A DNA stretch of 64,000 nucleotides. Origin: Histomonas meleagridis 2922-C6/04-290x. Its lineage: Eukaryota > Protista > Parabasalia. Below are positions 42,892 through 55,190 of this stretch, in pieces. A model generated the notes under the pieces. That model was not told the origin of the DNA and ran no database searches. It saw only the letters and a list, made by a program, of their open reading frames with translations. The translations under genes were made by a program, and so were the position numbers. Each line of letters starts with the position of its first letter. The first letter of the stretch is position 1. The stretch is taken from positions 620,001 through 684,000 of the forward strand of contig JAANOX010000153.1 of assembly GCA_020184695.1 (NCBI GenBank), written 5' to 3'.

Positions 42892-43635
42892 TAATTGCTA
42901 CAAGGAAGTCTGCAGTATTAATCGCTTATTTAAGTAAACTATTTAATTTTAATTTGATAAAGCTAAGTCAAAAATTTCATATCACGTTCTATCGTGTTTT
43001 ATACGTAAACGAACTGATGACACTTTTTAGGTACTCAAAAAGTAGTATCGGTGAATATTTTGGGGGGGCTTGATGTATAAATCGGTCAAAAAGTATGGTG
43101 ACCGACGTTTTGTATTCGCTCATACAATTCATTCTATGAGTGATATTCAAAAATCTTTTTGATGATGTAAGTGAAGTCGTCATGACGATCCCACATAAAA
43201 TTGTATATTTTACATTAAGTCAAAACCCATACATTTGAATTGTTATATAGTCATAGCACATTCATGAAAATTGAAACAAAAAGTGCATTTTGTTTTTTCC
43301 TCTGTCGTTCGATTGAAAAAATTACATATAAATCATAGAAAAAAATTTCAACATCTGCTTTAAAAATTTATTATATGTTTATCATTTTATATATTTTCAG
43401 CCATTCTATACAAACACAGCAAACATGTTTAATTAAATCATATATACGAGCAAAATTCGAAAAATTATTTTCTGTAAAACAAAAAAAAGATATCATCTAT
43501 AATCGAAGACAAATACAATTACCATGTTGGAAATATGTTATTGATAAATATTCATATATTTCATGCCATTACATTTCCGATATTTCTAATTACACAAAAA
43601 AAATTGTATATTTTTTGGATTCATTAACTTACATT

Positions 43636-45222
43636 ATGAATTTAGTTTGTATCTTACTTTTATTTATATCATTTTGTTTAATATTGGATATATTTCACAC
43701 AAAGAATTATAAAAATAGTGGTCATAGCAAAGCCAATAGCTTTGTTTCGTTAATGTTTATTTTATTTTTCACAAAAACATTACAAAATTTTAATGAAATC
43801 ACAATGACACTTACAATAACTAATGAAACTCAGTTTACAAGTGAACATAAAAATTTAACCGAACATGTTATTATTACTATAAGCGGAACAATAAATGAAT
43901 GTGCTTTCTGTGAATGGCCTAAATTAGAATCAGCATATATTGACAAAAATGTTACAGGAATTTTAGACAAAGCATTTTTTAGATGCAATTCTTTACTGAA
44001 TATAACAATACCGAACACAATTAAAAACATTGGGCAAAATGTATTTTGCGAATGTAATAAACTTAGTACAATAATTTTTGAAGATGGTTTAACAATAATC
44101 GGATCTTTAATGTTTCAAAATTGTAGAAACATAACAGATATATTCATTCCAAAATCAATAAATACAATAAAAACGAATCCATTTGCAGGGTGTGAAAATC
44201 TTCAATATATTAATGTTTCAGAAGAAAATTTATATTTTGCTAATTATGAAAATGATGGTGTATTATATAATAAAGAAATTACTAAACTAATTAGTTATCC
44301 AATTGGGAAAAAATCCACAAAATTTATAATTCCATTTTCAGTTACCACTATTGAACAAATTGCATTTTTTGCATGCAAAAATTTGGAAACAATTTTAATA
44401 AGTGGAAATGTTAATAACATTAATTTATATGCATTTTCATCAAGTTCTTCACTTAAACACGTTTGCTATAATGGAACAACATTACCAACCATTGGAGAAA
44501 ATGCATTTCTTGATATTGGTACTAATACAACTTTCACTTCAAATAGATATGAAAATGAAACATTTGGAAATTTAAACATTAAGCATGAAAATCATACTGA
44601 ATGTAATTTCGCCTCATTTGTACAAACAAATACATTCACTAATTCGAATACTTTTACTAAATCAAATACATTCAGTAAATCAAATAAATTCACACAATCA
44701 AATACATTTTCAAGTTCAAATAAATTTACTTATTCGAATACATTCACTGCTTCATTCCAACAAGACATGAGTTTATCACACTCATACATTATAACTCATT
44801 TATTATCTGCTACTGAAACTGTATCTGTTATTCACAAACATGTAAACACTATCACATTTTCTCAAATAGGTTCAATACAAAGTTATTTCGAAATAAGATA
44901 TCTTTCATATGAATATGTTGCTGTTTATTATGATACTTACGTTAGTTTTTATTCGGATTTCTATACTTTGATTGAAATCGATTCATCGCAACAAAAGAAA
45001 ACTTTATCAGAAGGAGAAATCGTTGGTATTTCATGTGGTGCAGTTGCAATTGTATTAATAATTGTTGCAATTGTTCATTATGTTATTCGTCATTATCGAA
45101 AACAAATGGAAAAATCGCATACACTTTCAAACGAGTCAGCTTCAAATGATGAAATTAAAGTGGAAGATGTCAGAAGTGACTTTAAAGAACTTATTTTGGG
45201 TGATAATGATAAGTGGATTTAA
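43636..45222 (+). CDS. BspA-like (TpLRR) type I surface protein
   Basis: AF..C..L..I.IP repeats, DGVLYNKEITKLISYP, stalk, TM helix and tail. Start at 43636 is preferred over 43375 because it gives a signal-like segment parallel to the 61979 paralog. Confidence 0.85.
   Translation: MNLVCILLLFISFCLILDIFHTKNYKNSGHSKANSFVSLMFILFFTKTLQNFNEITMTLTITNETQFTSEHKNLTEHVIITISGTINECAFCEWPKLESAYIDKNVTGILDKAFFRCNSLLNITIPNTIKNIGQNVFCECNKLSTIIFEDGLTIIGSLMFQNCRNITDIFIPKSINTIKTNPFAGCENLQYINVSEENLYFANYENDGVLYNKEITKLISYPIGKKSTKFIIPFSVTTIEQIAFFACKNLETILISGNVNNINLYAFSSSSSLKHVCYNGTTLPTIGENAFLDIGTNTTFTSNRYENETFGNLNIKHENHTECNFASFVQTNTFTNSNTFTKSNTFSKSNKFTQSNTFSSSNKFTYSNTFTASFQQDMSLSHSYIITHLLSATETVSVIHKHVNTITFSQIGSIQSYFEIRYLSYEYVAVYYDTYVSFYSDFYTLIEIDSSQQKKTLSEGEIVGISCGAVAIVLIIVAIVHYVIRHYRKQMEKSHTLSNESASNDEIKVEDVRSDFKELILGDNDKWI
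44629..44748 (+). repeat. 18-bp period coding repeat (S-N-T/K-F-T/S-x stalk)
   Basis: NTFTNSNTFTKSNTFSKSNKFTQSNTFSSSNKFTYSNTFT. Confidence 0.8.
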
Positions 45223-45896
45223 TGTTAAATAAAGTAATTTAATGATTTGTTTGTTGAATTACCATTAGTAATAATGAGACGATTAGTCGAGAAGGCTATG
45301 AGAATGCGGAACAGTAAAAATGAGAAAATATAACATATTTTCCATTTGTTTCTTTGTTACATTAACATGAAATAAAAGAAGTAATGGTACGAATTGCTCA
45401 TGATTATACTTTATATATAGAAATTTATGATTTTTTATTACTAACATTTACAGTCGATATGTAACAATGCTAATAGTTGCCGTGATGATAAATAGCTTAT
45501 ATATTATTATCAATTTATGATATCCAAAATTATTATGATTATCATAAACATTGGTATATTCCCATTGGGATGCGATTTTTGTCAGCACAATGCATTGTGT
45601 AACATCATGTTATTGATAAATACGAGCTAAATGAATATAAGTCAGAGAAACCAAAATAATGCTTTAGAGTCAGATGATGTTGCCAATTAGGGTTTTAATT
45701 TGAATTATTTGCTCAATTTCTTTATCACAAAATTTGACAATAATTGTTTTCGCTCAGAATTTTAACAAACCGTTCCGATGATTCCCTAATGACAATTTGA
45801 GAACAGAAAGGAGTTTTTGCACTGAATTATCGAGTCGGCCATTGAAAATTATTTTTTGAATGCATCAAACAAAAAAACTTCACATCACTTTATAAA

Positions 45897-46133
45897 ATGT
45901 TCCATCCAGGACCACCAGGACCTCCTCCACCACATCATCATCCACCTGGCCCACCAGGCCCACCACCACCATTCCATCACCCACCTGGCCCACCAGGCCC
46001 ACCACCACCATTCCATCATCCACCAGGCCCACCACCTCCACATCATCCACCAGGCCCACCACCTCCACACCATCCACCTGGTCCTCCACCACACCATCAC
46101 CCACCAGGTCCACCACCTCCACACCACTGGTAA
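45897..46133 (+). CDS. His/Pro/Gly-repeat microprotein (78 aa)
   Basis: ATG directly after Inr TCACTTT; HHPPGPPPP-type repeats with varied synonymous codons. Confidence 0.6.
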   Translation: MFHPGPPGPPPPHHHPPGPPGPPPPFHHPPGPPGPPPPFHHPPGPPPPHHPPGPPPPHHPPGPPPHHHPPGPPPPHHW

Positions 46134-46756
46134 ACAATCCAATAGGTTAATTATATTTTTTAATTCCAACGGCACAAATTCAGGTATGTGCTCAAATGTG
46201 TTTGGTCGTAATTTTTAAACTTTTTATTTGATATTAAGTAATTGTGATTTCATTAATTTTTTTTTTCCAATTGATTTTTGCAAATTGATCTTTTGCAGGA
46301 GAAGTAAACTTTTTATCATGAACACAAAATACAAATATCACTGATGACGCTTATGTTAATTGCTATTTAACAACAATTTGTACATTTACTCACATATTGC
46401 TTTTTAACTAAGCAAGCTTTACGATAAACTTAAAATCGCAATGGGAAGATATTGCATAAGCAAAGATATTCATCTTTTTAAAATGTTGAATATGAAAAGA
46501 CAATAAATAAGAATTGAAGAATTTGGTAAGCGCTTGAAGGAGCTCCCACTCATTTTGCGTTAAGCATTTGCTATATGATTATGATTAAAAAAATGGAAAT
46601 GTTTATCTAAGTATAATAATTAACTTTTCAAAGATAGGTAAGAAAAATTACCTCGTGCATTGTTGTTCATTTCTTGCGTTCATTATGTTAGTTCACTCAA
46701 TTCTGAAAAATGAATTTTAGCTTTCCAATGAAATGTGATATGAATTGGACAACACA

Positions 46757-49700
46757 ATGGATCTTTCTCATAGGGTACCTTTCCCAGACTGTGATTCTTA
46801 CCTCAATTTCTTTAGAGATTCCGATGCAAATAATCTCTACCGACAATGTTTGATCCGAAATCAAGAACGTGCAGCAACAGCTATGATGAATCTTTCAAAA
46901 TTAATTACTACATTTGATGAAACAGAAACTTTTGCAGCATTTTCAGTTGCCCGCAATGGAATGCAAAGTAATTCGACGAAAATGCGTTTGGAATCATTAC
47001 ATCTCTTATCAGTTATATCAAATACAACTTTAAAAATTCATACCATACCATACATATTCATTCTTGCACATGATGACAAACAACAAATCAAAAACGAAGC
47101 CTCCAAAATCTTTACTAAACTTATCAAAGAAATTGGTGGTATTAAATCATGTCTTCCACAGATGATCTCAGCAATTGGCTCTATGGGTTTCATAGCCTTT
47201 GATAAGCAAGATGAAGAGCAAGTTGAAGAATTAATGGGGAAATCCCGATTAGCCACATCTGTTATTCTTTCTGCTATACAAATTCTTACCTCATTTAAGG
47301 CTACTATAACCCGATCCAATACTGCCGAACTTGTTCAATTCATAAAAATTTCGATTAATGGATGTCGAGAATCAATGACTAATACAGAGCAATCCTTATT
47401 TTATAATCAACGCCTTCGATCATGTTTATATCGCCTTCAATCTGAACTATCGCATATTGAAGGTTGTCCACATTTTACATTTCATGATTTCATACTAGAA
47501 CAAGATCCAATTTGTTTGCAGCATATAATTCCATTAATAAACAACTTGAAAGAATCCGAAATTAATTATTCGGAACTCCTAAATAACAAATATTTACTTA
47601 ATGAATATTTTGATCGATTTCTTCAACATGTTAAACCTAAAGAAGTTCAAGAATCGATTTCAAAGAAAATATTAAATGACGAAAACTTAATCAAATCGAT
47701 TAATTATTTCTGTGAAAAAGAATTAATTGATTTGATACCATTAGAAATCGTCATAACAAATCCACAAATATGGAAACAAATTCCAATTGACGTTGTTGAG
47801 AAATCGTTATCTATCAAAGATATTCCAATTGATGCCAAATATATCATTGAGTTTCATCAGTTATTTAACTCCATTGATTACATAGCTGAGTATAGTCAAC
47901 CTAATGATGTAGCAAAAGCTGTTTCGTTAATCGCTGATGCGAAAGATATTCCTTTAATAATAACGAAGTTCCCTAATTCAGTAATAAAATGTATTGAACT
48001 TTGGGAAAAGTCACCAAAATCGAATTGGTTCTGCGCAGAGTTTTTGGATAATATTAAACAATTCATTATCGAGTCGCCGACAGTTTGCAACGAAATTATT
48101 CCAAATTCATATAAAGAAGAATTCTCTTCGATAATCGACTCAATTATATTGCAGAAAATTTATGATTCTGAACAAGTGTCTTCCGACTTATGGCAGTTCG
48201 CTGAACTTGATGATGAACTCTGTAAAGTAATTACAGAAAAAGAAATCGAAATTAATGCAATCGGTCCAACAAAGCAAAAATTATATTCCAAACTGTTTAA
48301 TTACATAAAGAAAAATTACTCCGAAACTGAGGCCGGGACTATTGTAGGTCATATCTCTTCAAAACTCGATTTAAATTTGGATGATTTCCCTGATTCTTAT
48401 GATTTCATGCAAAGTTATTTCACTGAAACTCAAATCAAAAAGGCACCGATAGATGTATCGTTGCGGTTTTTGAACGATTACTTATTGAAAGAATTTCCGA
48501 ACTTTGCAATAACCGTTTACATCGGAACTTTTTCAATAGACAGAATGTCACTTTCCGTGAGAACATTTCTTAAATCTCTTGATGAAACTAAAAGACAAAA
48601 CTTATTTGAGATAGCTCTATCAAAGGATATGTTTTATTTGTCATTGTTGTTAATTGTTACAACTGATAATCCTCTTAATATACCAAATTCTATTTCTTAT
48701 GCGCCATTTCTTTTAAAGAATTCAATTTATCAAAATTGGTTCAATGATTTACAACCAAAGTGCGAAGACGATAGGAATTTTCTATTATTTTTGAAAGACC
48801 CTTCAGAAAAATACAAATTTTCAATGGATTACAAAAACATATTATATTGTACATCAATAAAACCAATATTAATCACTGATGAATTATATCAATTGATCAT
48901 AAATAAGTTACCAAATATAAATTATTTAGATTTTTATTTAATATTAAGTTCTTTACTTAAAGTTCAACAAAATCTTCAACGATATAGCGAAGTATTATTA
49001 AAGATATTGTTAGTAACAAATAATTTAACATCAATTAACACCATAACTAAAGATCTTTTATTAAAATTTTTTGATTTCACGACACAACTACCGCCTAATG
49101 AATTAATTACATTTTTATCCAAACTTAGTATCATCTTTAATCCAATTATATTATATTGTTTCGAGCATACTGTCTCTAAATATATCGAATCGTCAAACAT
49201 CGAACAATGTTATGAATTACGTAACGCATTAAAGAGTGGACCTATTTCAAGTCTTTTAATATTCGATGAATCACTTACGATGAAATTTGAAGACAAGCGA
49301 AATAATTTAGAAAAACTTTTAACTGATTTTCCAAATGCCGCGTCGAAATGGTATCAAAACAATCCGAACGAGAAAGTCAAGAACTTTGTCATCAACAAAA
49401 TATCACCGCGTTTAATACCAAACATAATTCATGAAATAACAACAACAATAACCAAAAAAGGTATCGATGTCGAAGTCAAAGACAACAACACAATAATATG
49501 TAAAGTGCAAAAAGACGACGATTCATTTAAACTAAAAGTCATTATACCAAACGAATATCCTTTAGTGCCGCCAATGTTCGAAGTGTATTCGATCGGGAAA
49601 GTAAACATCACAAGAGAATGCAGAGACGAAATGATAAAAGAGTACAATCGTCCAAACGGAATAATAACAGCAATATGCACATGGAACGCAAAAGTGATGT

Positions 49701-49897
49701 CGATATTCACCGACGAGAAGCCGTGCCCAATCTGCCTGTCGCTGCTGGACGAGAACGGAGACTTGCCGAATAGAATATGCGTGACGTGCCACCAGAGAAT
49801 ACATAGAACGTGCTTGAAGAGATGGCTCGCAAACGCATTGCACAAGCAGTGCCCGTGGTGCAGGGCAAAGTGGAAAAAGCAAAAGCACGGACACTAA
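46757..49897 (+). CDS. LTN1: Listerin/Ltn1-like E3 ubiquitin ligase
   Basis: N-terminal helical domain, RWD-like IPNEYPL, and C-terminal RING CPIC...LPNRICVTCHQRIHRTCLKRWL...CPWCR. First ATG at 46757. Confidence 0.75.
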   Translation: MDLSHRVPFPDCDSYLNFFRDSDANNLYRQCLIRNQERAATAMMNLSKLITTFDETETFAAFSVARNGMQSNSTKMRLESLHLLSVISNTTLKIHTIPYIFILAHDDKQQIKNEASKIFTKLIKEIGGIKSCLPQMISAIGSMGFIAFDKQDEEQVEELMGKSRLATSVILSAIQILTSFKATITRSNTAELVQFIKISINGCRESMTNTEQSLFYNQRLRSCLYRLQSELSHIEGCPHFTFHDFILEQDPICLQHIIPLINNLKESEINYSELLNNKYLLNEYFDRFLQHVKPKEVQESISKKILNDENLIKSINYFCEKELIDLIPLEIVITNPQIWKQIPIDVVEKSLSIKDIPIDAKYIIEFHQLFNSIDYIAEYSQPNDVAKAVSLIADAKDIPLIITKFPNSVIKCIELWEKSPKSNWFCAEFLDNIKQFIIESPTVCNEIIPNSYKEEFSSIIDSIILQKIYDSEQVSSDLWQFAELDDELCKVITEKEIEINAIGPTKQKLYSKLFNYIKKNYSETEAGTIVGHISSKLDLNLDDFPDSYDFMQSYFTETQIKKAPIDVSLRFLNDYLLKEFPNFAITVYIGTFSIDRMSLSVRTFLKSLDETKRQNLFEIALSKDMFYLSLLLIVTTDNPLNIPNSISYAPFLLKNSIYQNWFNDLQPKCEDDRNFLLFLKDPSEKYKFSMDYKNILYCTSIKPILITDELYQLIINKLPNINYLDFYLILSSLLKVQQNLQRYSEVLLKILLVTNNLTSINTITKDLLLKFFDFTTQLPPNELITFLSKLSIIFNPIILYCFEHTVSKYIESSNIEQCYELRNALKSGPISSLLIFDESLTMKFEDKRNNLEKLLTDFPNAASKWYQNNPNEKVKNFVINKISPRLIPNIIHEITTTITKKGIDVEVKDNNTIICKVQKDDDSFKLKVIIPNEYPLVPPMFEVYSIGKVNITRECRDEMIKEYNRPNGIITAICTWNAKVMSIFTDEKPCPICLSLLDENGDLPNRICVTCHQRIHRTCLKRWLANALHKQCPWCRAKWKKQKHGH

Positions 49898-50701
49898 TTG
49901 GCTTGTTGTTTATAATTGATTAAAAGATATACTTTGGAATAATATGTTTTGTTATCGCTTCGTAAAAACGTATGAACCTGAACCTGTTTGATCATGAAGC
50001 ATTTTACATACGTGAAAAATGGGTCGTTTGTCACCAAATTAAGAGAAAATTTTGGATGGATTAAAGTTGTATCAATTTGTTTAAATGCTTCAGCGTTGGG
50101 TTTTAGGTAGCATATAGCTTAAAGATAATTCATCAATAAGTTCCTGACTTTTTTCAGATTGTCATCTGTCTGTGCTACGTTGGTGGAATGCACATTTATT
50201 GGAATATCAAATTGCCATTTGTTTCTGATTTCAGCTGAAATTAGAAAACAATAAACGTGTGCACCAAGAATTAAAACGAGTGTAATTTCTATATAAATAT
50301 TTTTAAATGCTAAAAATATCTGAATCAAAGCTTAGAATATAACGTCAAAATTGCAATGGTTATCGATTTTTAAATTTGTATTGTTCAATATCGTCGTATG
50401 TAAGAAGATCACCAATTTGCATAAATGCAAACTCTAATATTTTTGCAAAAAGTCTTAAATATCTCAATACATAAAATTCTACTTATAATAAAGCAAGTGC
50501 AATCGTTTTTGATGTTTTATCTTAATGGTTTGTAATTAAAAAATAGGTATTTTATCATCCTGAAAAATGTTGTGTTAAGTTGAATTAAAATAGAAACTAT
50601 TTACCATTAATTTCCATAAAATTGCATTTATATTTCAACAAAAATATTTATAAAACATACTATTAATCAAATAAATACAAAATGGTGGATGCATCATTTA
50701 G

Positions 50702-51643
50702 TTATGCAATTGGTACAATTGCTGCGGATGCAACACCACACTGGTTATTCTTATCCTTAATCATACGAATGTAACCATTTTCACCCCATGTTGTACCCCA
50801 CGAATTTCGAATGATCCAATACTTTTTATCTCCTTCAGCACCAAATCCAACGCAACCAACGCCATGGTCAAGTACAGTAGATGAACATTTTGGTTCATCA
50901 TAAATTCCTGATTTATAAAATTGAAAACTTTCACATGAAGCATCTATTCCACAACATACTGGTCCTTGATTTGCAACCTTTGCTTCAAGATCTGTTTCAT
51001 CACCTTGTACTATAGCATGATATGTTGAAATATGGCCAGCTGCAATTGAAGGATTGAATTTACATGCGCCTTGAATTGCGATATATGGATAATCTTCTTC
51101 AAGCATAAACTTAGAATTTTGGTCTTCAATAACATAATCAAATGCGTATGACATTAAACCACCTTCACATCCAAGACATTTGTAAACACAATCAACTAAG
51201 TTTTGCTCTGAAAATGAAAGAAGATTTCCAGACTTAATGAAGTAAGCACTTTCTGCTCCCTGAATTGCTGAAAATGCCCAACACGAACCACAATCGCCTT
51301 GATCCTTAATTTCATTAACAGCTCCCTTAGCACGCCAATCAATAGAATCAACGGGCTTATAATTGGATTTCAATGCTTTTCTTGTAACAACTTCAGGAAT
51401 ATAACCAAGAAGTGCCTTATATTCGATGGGTGTATATGCTGAAAATTTGTTCATGCAAAGCTTGAATGAATTAACTTTGTTATGCTCATTAACAAAACGA
51501 CTATTTGACAACCAAATACCAAAACGCATATCATAATCTTTGCCAACATACATTTGATTTGTTGATTTCATCCAATTTACAAAGGATTTTTCTTCGTAAG
51601 CAAGGTAATATGAGAATATATTTTTAACAAATATGATGAACAT
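50702..51643 (-). CDS. Cathepsin L-like papain-family (C1A) cysteine peptidase
   Basis: ERFNIN-like prodomain, QGDCGSCWAFS, LDHGV and IRNSWG. Confidence 0.95.
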   Translation of the reverse strand: MFIIFVKNIFSYYLAYEEKSFVNWMKSTNQMYVGKDYDMRFGIWLSNSRFVNEHNKVNSFKLCMNKFSAYTPIEYKALLGYIPEVVTRKALKSNYKPVDSIDWRAKGAVNEIKDQGDCGSCWAFSAIQGAESAYFIKSGNLLSFSEQNLVDCVYKCLGCEGGLMSYAFDYVIEDQNSKFMLEEDYPYIAIQGACKFNPSIAAGHISTYHAIVQGDETDLEAKVANQGPVCCGIDASCESFQFYKSGIYDEPKCSSTVLDHGVGCVGFGAEGDKKYWIIRNSWGTTWGENGYIRMIKDKNNQCGVASAAIVPIA

Positions 51644-53198
51644 TAAAGTGAAGTTAGAAAAATCAGTGTATATTAATAAACTGAAATTATTTTACGAATG
51701 ATAAAGAAAGCAAAATTAGTTTTCTTCAAGACGAGTATTTTATATTGAGAGAAGAGGTTTCCTTTAAAAATATTGGAAATAGTTAATATTTCCAACAATG
51801 GAGGTATTGAACAATCGTCAACCAAAAAAAAGAGTATTATTTTTCATTAAGGCAATCAGAACAGTTCGATACAGCATTCTTCAAATAAATATATTAAAAA
51901 GAAAATGTTTTGAAAAATTATGAGAAGATCATTCATTAAATTTCCTCTTAATAAAAACAAATGCAAAGGATAAAAAACTTATGTGGATAAGTAATTAAAA
52001 ATCACCTCAACTAAAAAAATATTTGATGTGATTTGGCATTTAAATGGCAAAATGAATTTGTGAACTTTTGAATAGACAATGGTAAATATTTACCAAAACA
52101 TAATGGAGCTGAATTTTTGATAAAACATTATTTATAATTAAGAACAAAGCTTCAGCGTGCTTCTACGTGATGATGATAACGAATTTTTTTGGATTTGTTT
52201 GGCATAAATTAGAATTATTGTTTTAAGAATAGCTTTACATTAATTATAGTTTTATTTAATATTATAATAAAAATATTGGTGGAATTAATTTCTTATTGAA
52301 GCACAATGGGAATATCATAAAAATTAGAATGCTTATGGAGAATAAAATAAACCTATATAATAATATACAGTCCTTCTCAAAAAACTATATAAGAATGTGA
52401 AAAAAGATAAAATAATTAATGAAATTAACATGGTTGCTTAAATGTTTAAGATGAAACGAAAATGAAATAACTACCCAATGCGAATATTGTGACACCTTAA
52501 ATTAATTTAAACAACGAATCTACATTATCCAAAGTTTTCGGTTTTTCACTCGATTGTGAGCTTTACTCACACAATGTACTTCTATGTAATTTGATCGGCA
52601 TATGAATTGAGTATGTTTGTTTGGGAAATCAGATGTTTTTGATCATTTCAGATAACGCAAAGAGGACTTTTGTATCATATAATGTGTAGATACATTGTTT
52701 AAATTAATTTAAGGTCACCACATAAGGTATCATTTAATTTAAACAACGTATCAATTAAACTTTTGTATAAATATAAAATTTCATAAAAAAATAATCATTG
52801 TCTTCATTTTGCTTCATCTTTAAATTCATAAAAACAATTTTAAGTACTGTTGTACTTCGGGAATACTTGTTTATAAATGAAAATTAATTTAAATTTTGGA
52901 ATTATAAATGTTCAAAAATAATCATCAATTTTCTAAAACCTATTAGTTGAACAAAACATAAAGTTTAGAAGTAATATGTCACCTTTGTGTGACAATTAAA
53001 TTGGATCATGTTTTGTTGTAATTGTATAATATTGTTTTTCACAGCACATGTGAATTTTTTAACTATCAATAACCGCAAAAGCAGATGGTAAAACCACCTA
53101 TCGGAAAGGATTGAATAATTGAATGCATTGAAAATAAGTGTTCGGCTACTTAATTTCAGAGCAAATGTGGCCCAAAGAGATCTTTTCACTTTTATTCA

Positions 53199-55190
53199 AT
53201 GTCCGCAATAGGTATTGATCTTGGTACAACATACAGTTGTGTCGGTGTCTTCAGACACGGTCGTGTTGATATTATCGCAAATGATATGGGTAATCGTACA
53301 ACCCCATCTTATGTTGCATTCACTGAAGATGAACGTCTTGTCGGTGATGCTGCTAAGAACCAAGCTGCCATGAACCCAACAAACACAGTTTTCGATGCAA
53401 AGCGTATGATTGGCCGTAAATTCAGTGATCCAGTCGTTCAAAAGGATATGCAACATTGGCCATTCAAGGTTGTTCGTGGTGATGCAGATCGTCCAAGAAT
53501 TCAAGTTCAATGGAAGGGTGAAACCAAACAATTCTACCCAGAAGAAATCTCAGCCATGGTTTTAGGTAAAATGAAGGAAATCGCTGAAAGCCAACTTTCC
53601 AACAAAGTTACTGATGCTGTTGTTACAGTTCCAGCCTATTTCAACGATGGTCAACGTCAAGCCACAAAAGATGCAGGTGTTATTGCCGGTCTCAATGTTC
53701 TTCGTATCATCAACGAACCAACAGCCGCTGCTATTGCCTTTGGTCTTAACGAAAAATCTGACAACGAACGTCATGTTCTTATCTTCGATCTTGGTGGTGG
53801 TACTTTTGATGTTTCCTTACTTGATATCGATGGTGGTATGTTCGAAGTTCGTGCCACAGCAGGTGATACACATCTTGGTGGTGAAGATTTTGATAACCGT
53901 ATGGTTAATTACTTTGCAGATCGTTTCCAAAAGAAGTTCAAATGTGATTTAAGGCAATCGCCACGTGCATTACGTACATTAAGAACAGCATGCGAACGTG
54001 CTAAGAGAACATTATCCACAGCCACATCCGCATCCATTGTTTGTGATTCATTATATGAAGGTCATGATTTCATGGATAACATCTCACGTGCAATGTTCGA
54101 GAACTTAAATGATGAACTTTTCAGGTCAACAATGAATCCAGTCGCACAAGTTTTAAGAGATGCAAACATGTCAAAGTCCGATGTTACTGATATTGTTCTT
54201 GTTGGTGGTTCATCACGTATTCCACGTGTTCAACAATTGTTACAAGACTTCTTCAATGGAAAGCAACCATGTCGTGGTGTTGATCCAGATGAAGCAGTTG
54301 CATATGGTGCAGCAGTTCAAGCAGCAATTATCAAAGGTGATACTCATGAAGAAATCAAAGATATCTTATTGTTAGATGTTGCTCCACTTTCATTAGGTAT
54401 CGAAACAGCAGGTGAAATTATGACTGTTTTAATTCCACGTAACACAACAATCCCATGCAAGAAGTCAAACGTCTTCACAACATTCTCCGATAACCAACCA
54501 GCAGTTACAATCAAAGTTTACGAAGGTGAACGTTCAAGAACACGCGATAACAACTTACTTGGTACATTCGATTTAACAGGCATTCCACCAGCACCACGCG
54601 GCGTACCACAGATTGAAGTTACATTCGATGTTAACGCAGATGGTATTATGAACGTTTCAGCACAAGATAAGTCAACAGGCAATGTTAAGAAGATTACGAT
54701 TAAGAATGAGAAAGGACGTCTTTCACAAGCAGATATCGATAGAATGGTTGCAGATGCAGAGAAGTACAAGGCACAAGATGAAGAAGTGCGTAAGAAGGTT
54801 GAGGCTAAGAACGCACTCGAAGGATACTGCTTCGGCGTACGCAACTCATTAAATCAAGAACAGTTCGCTAACGCATTGTCACAATCAGATAAGGACACAA
54901 TCAACAAGGAAATCAATGACACACTCGCATGGATCGACGCTAACCAAGACGCAGACGTCGCTACATTCGAAGCCAAGCAGAAGGAACTCGAAGGCAAGTT
55001 AATGCCACTCATGCAAGCTGCATACCAAAACGCAGCTGGCGGCGCACAAGGCGGAATGCCAGGCGCTGGCGGCATGCCAGGAGGCATCGACCCATCAATG
55101 TTTGCTAACATGCAAGGAGGCGCTGGCCCATCACCTGGCGCTTCAACTGGTGGACACTCATCAGGACCACGTGTCGAAGAAGTTGATTAA
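53199..55190 (+). CDS. HSP70: Cytosolic Hsp70
   Basis: [33 protein letters not shown]-like motif, GGMP repeats and terminal EEVD; Inr upstream. Confidence 0.97.
   Translation: MSAIGIDLGTTYSCVGVFRHGRVDIIANDMGNRTTPSYVAFTEDERLVGDAAKNQAAMNPTNTVFDAKRMIGRKFSDPVVQKDMQHWPFKVVRGDADRPRIQVQWKGETKQFYPEEISAMVLGKMKEIAESQLSNKVTDAVVTVPAYFNDGQRQATKDAGVIAGLNVLRIINEPTAAAIAFGLNEKSDNERHVLIFDLGGGTFDVSLLDIDGGMFEVRATAGDTHLGGEDFDNRMVNYFADRFQKKFKCDLRQSPRALRTLRTACERAKRTLSTATSASIVCDSLYEGHDFMDNISRAMFENLNDELFRSTMNPVAQVLRDANMSKSDVTDIVLVGGSSRIPRVQQLLQDFFNGKQPCRGVDPDEAVAYGAAVQAAIIKGDTHEEIKDILLLDVAPLSLGIETAGEIMTVLIPRNTTIPCKKSNVFTTFSDNQPAVTIKVYEGERSRTRDNNLLGTFDLTGIPPAPRGVPQIEVTFDVNADGIMNVSAQDKSTGNVKKITIKNEKGRLSQADIDRMVADAEKYKAQDEEVRKKVEAKNALEGYCFGVRNSLNQEQFANALSQSDKDTINKEINDTLAWIDANQDADVATFEAKQKELEGKLMPLMQAAYQNAAGGAQGGMPGAGGMPGGIDPSMFANMQGGAGPSPGASTGGHSSGPRVEEVD

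Noticed and set aside
43040-43055. U2 snRNA-like GTAGTATC
   Set aside because: Flanking U2 stem I and the AAGATCA motif are absent.
45880-46218. Trp-rich and Val/Gly-rich minus-strand ORFs and the plus-strand 45856 ORF
   Set aside because: These are alternative-frame shadows of the His/Pro/Gly repeat; only the 45897 frame has an Inr and ATG.
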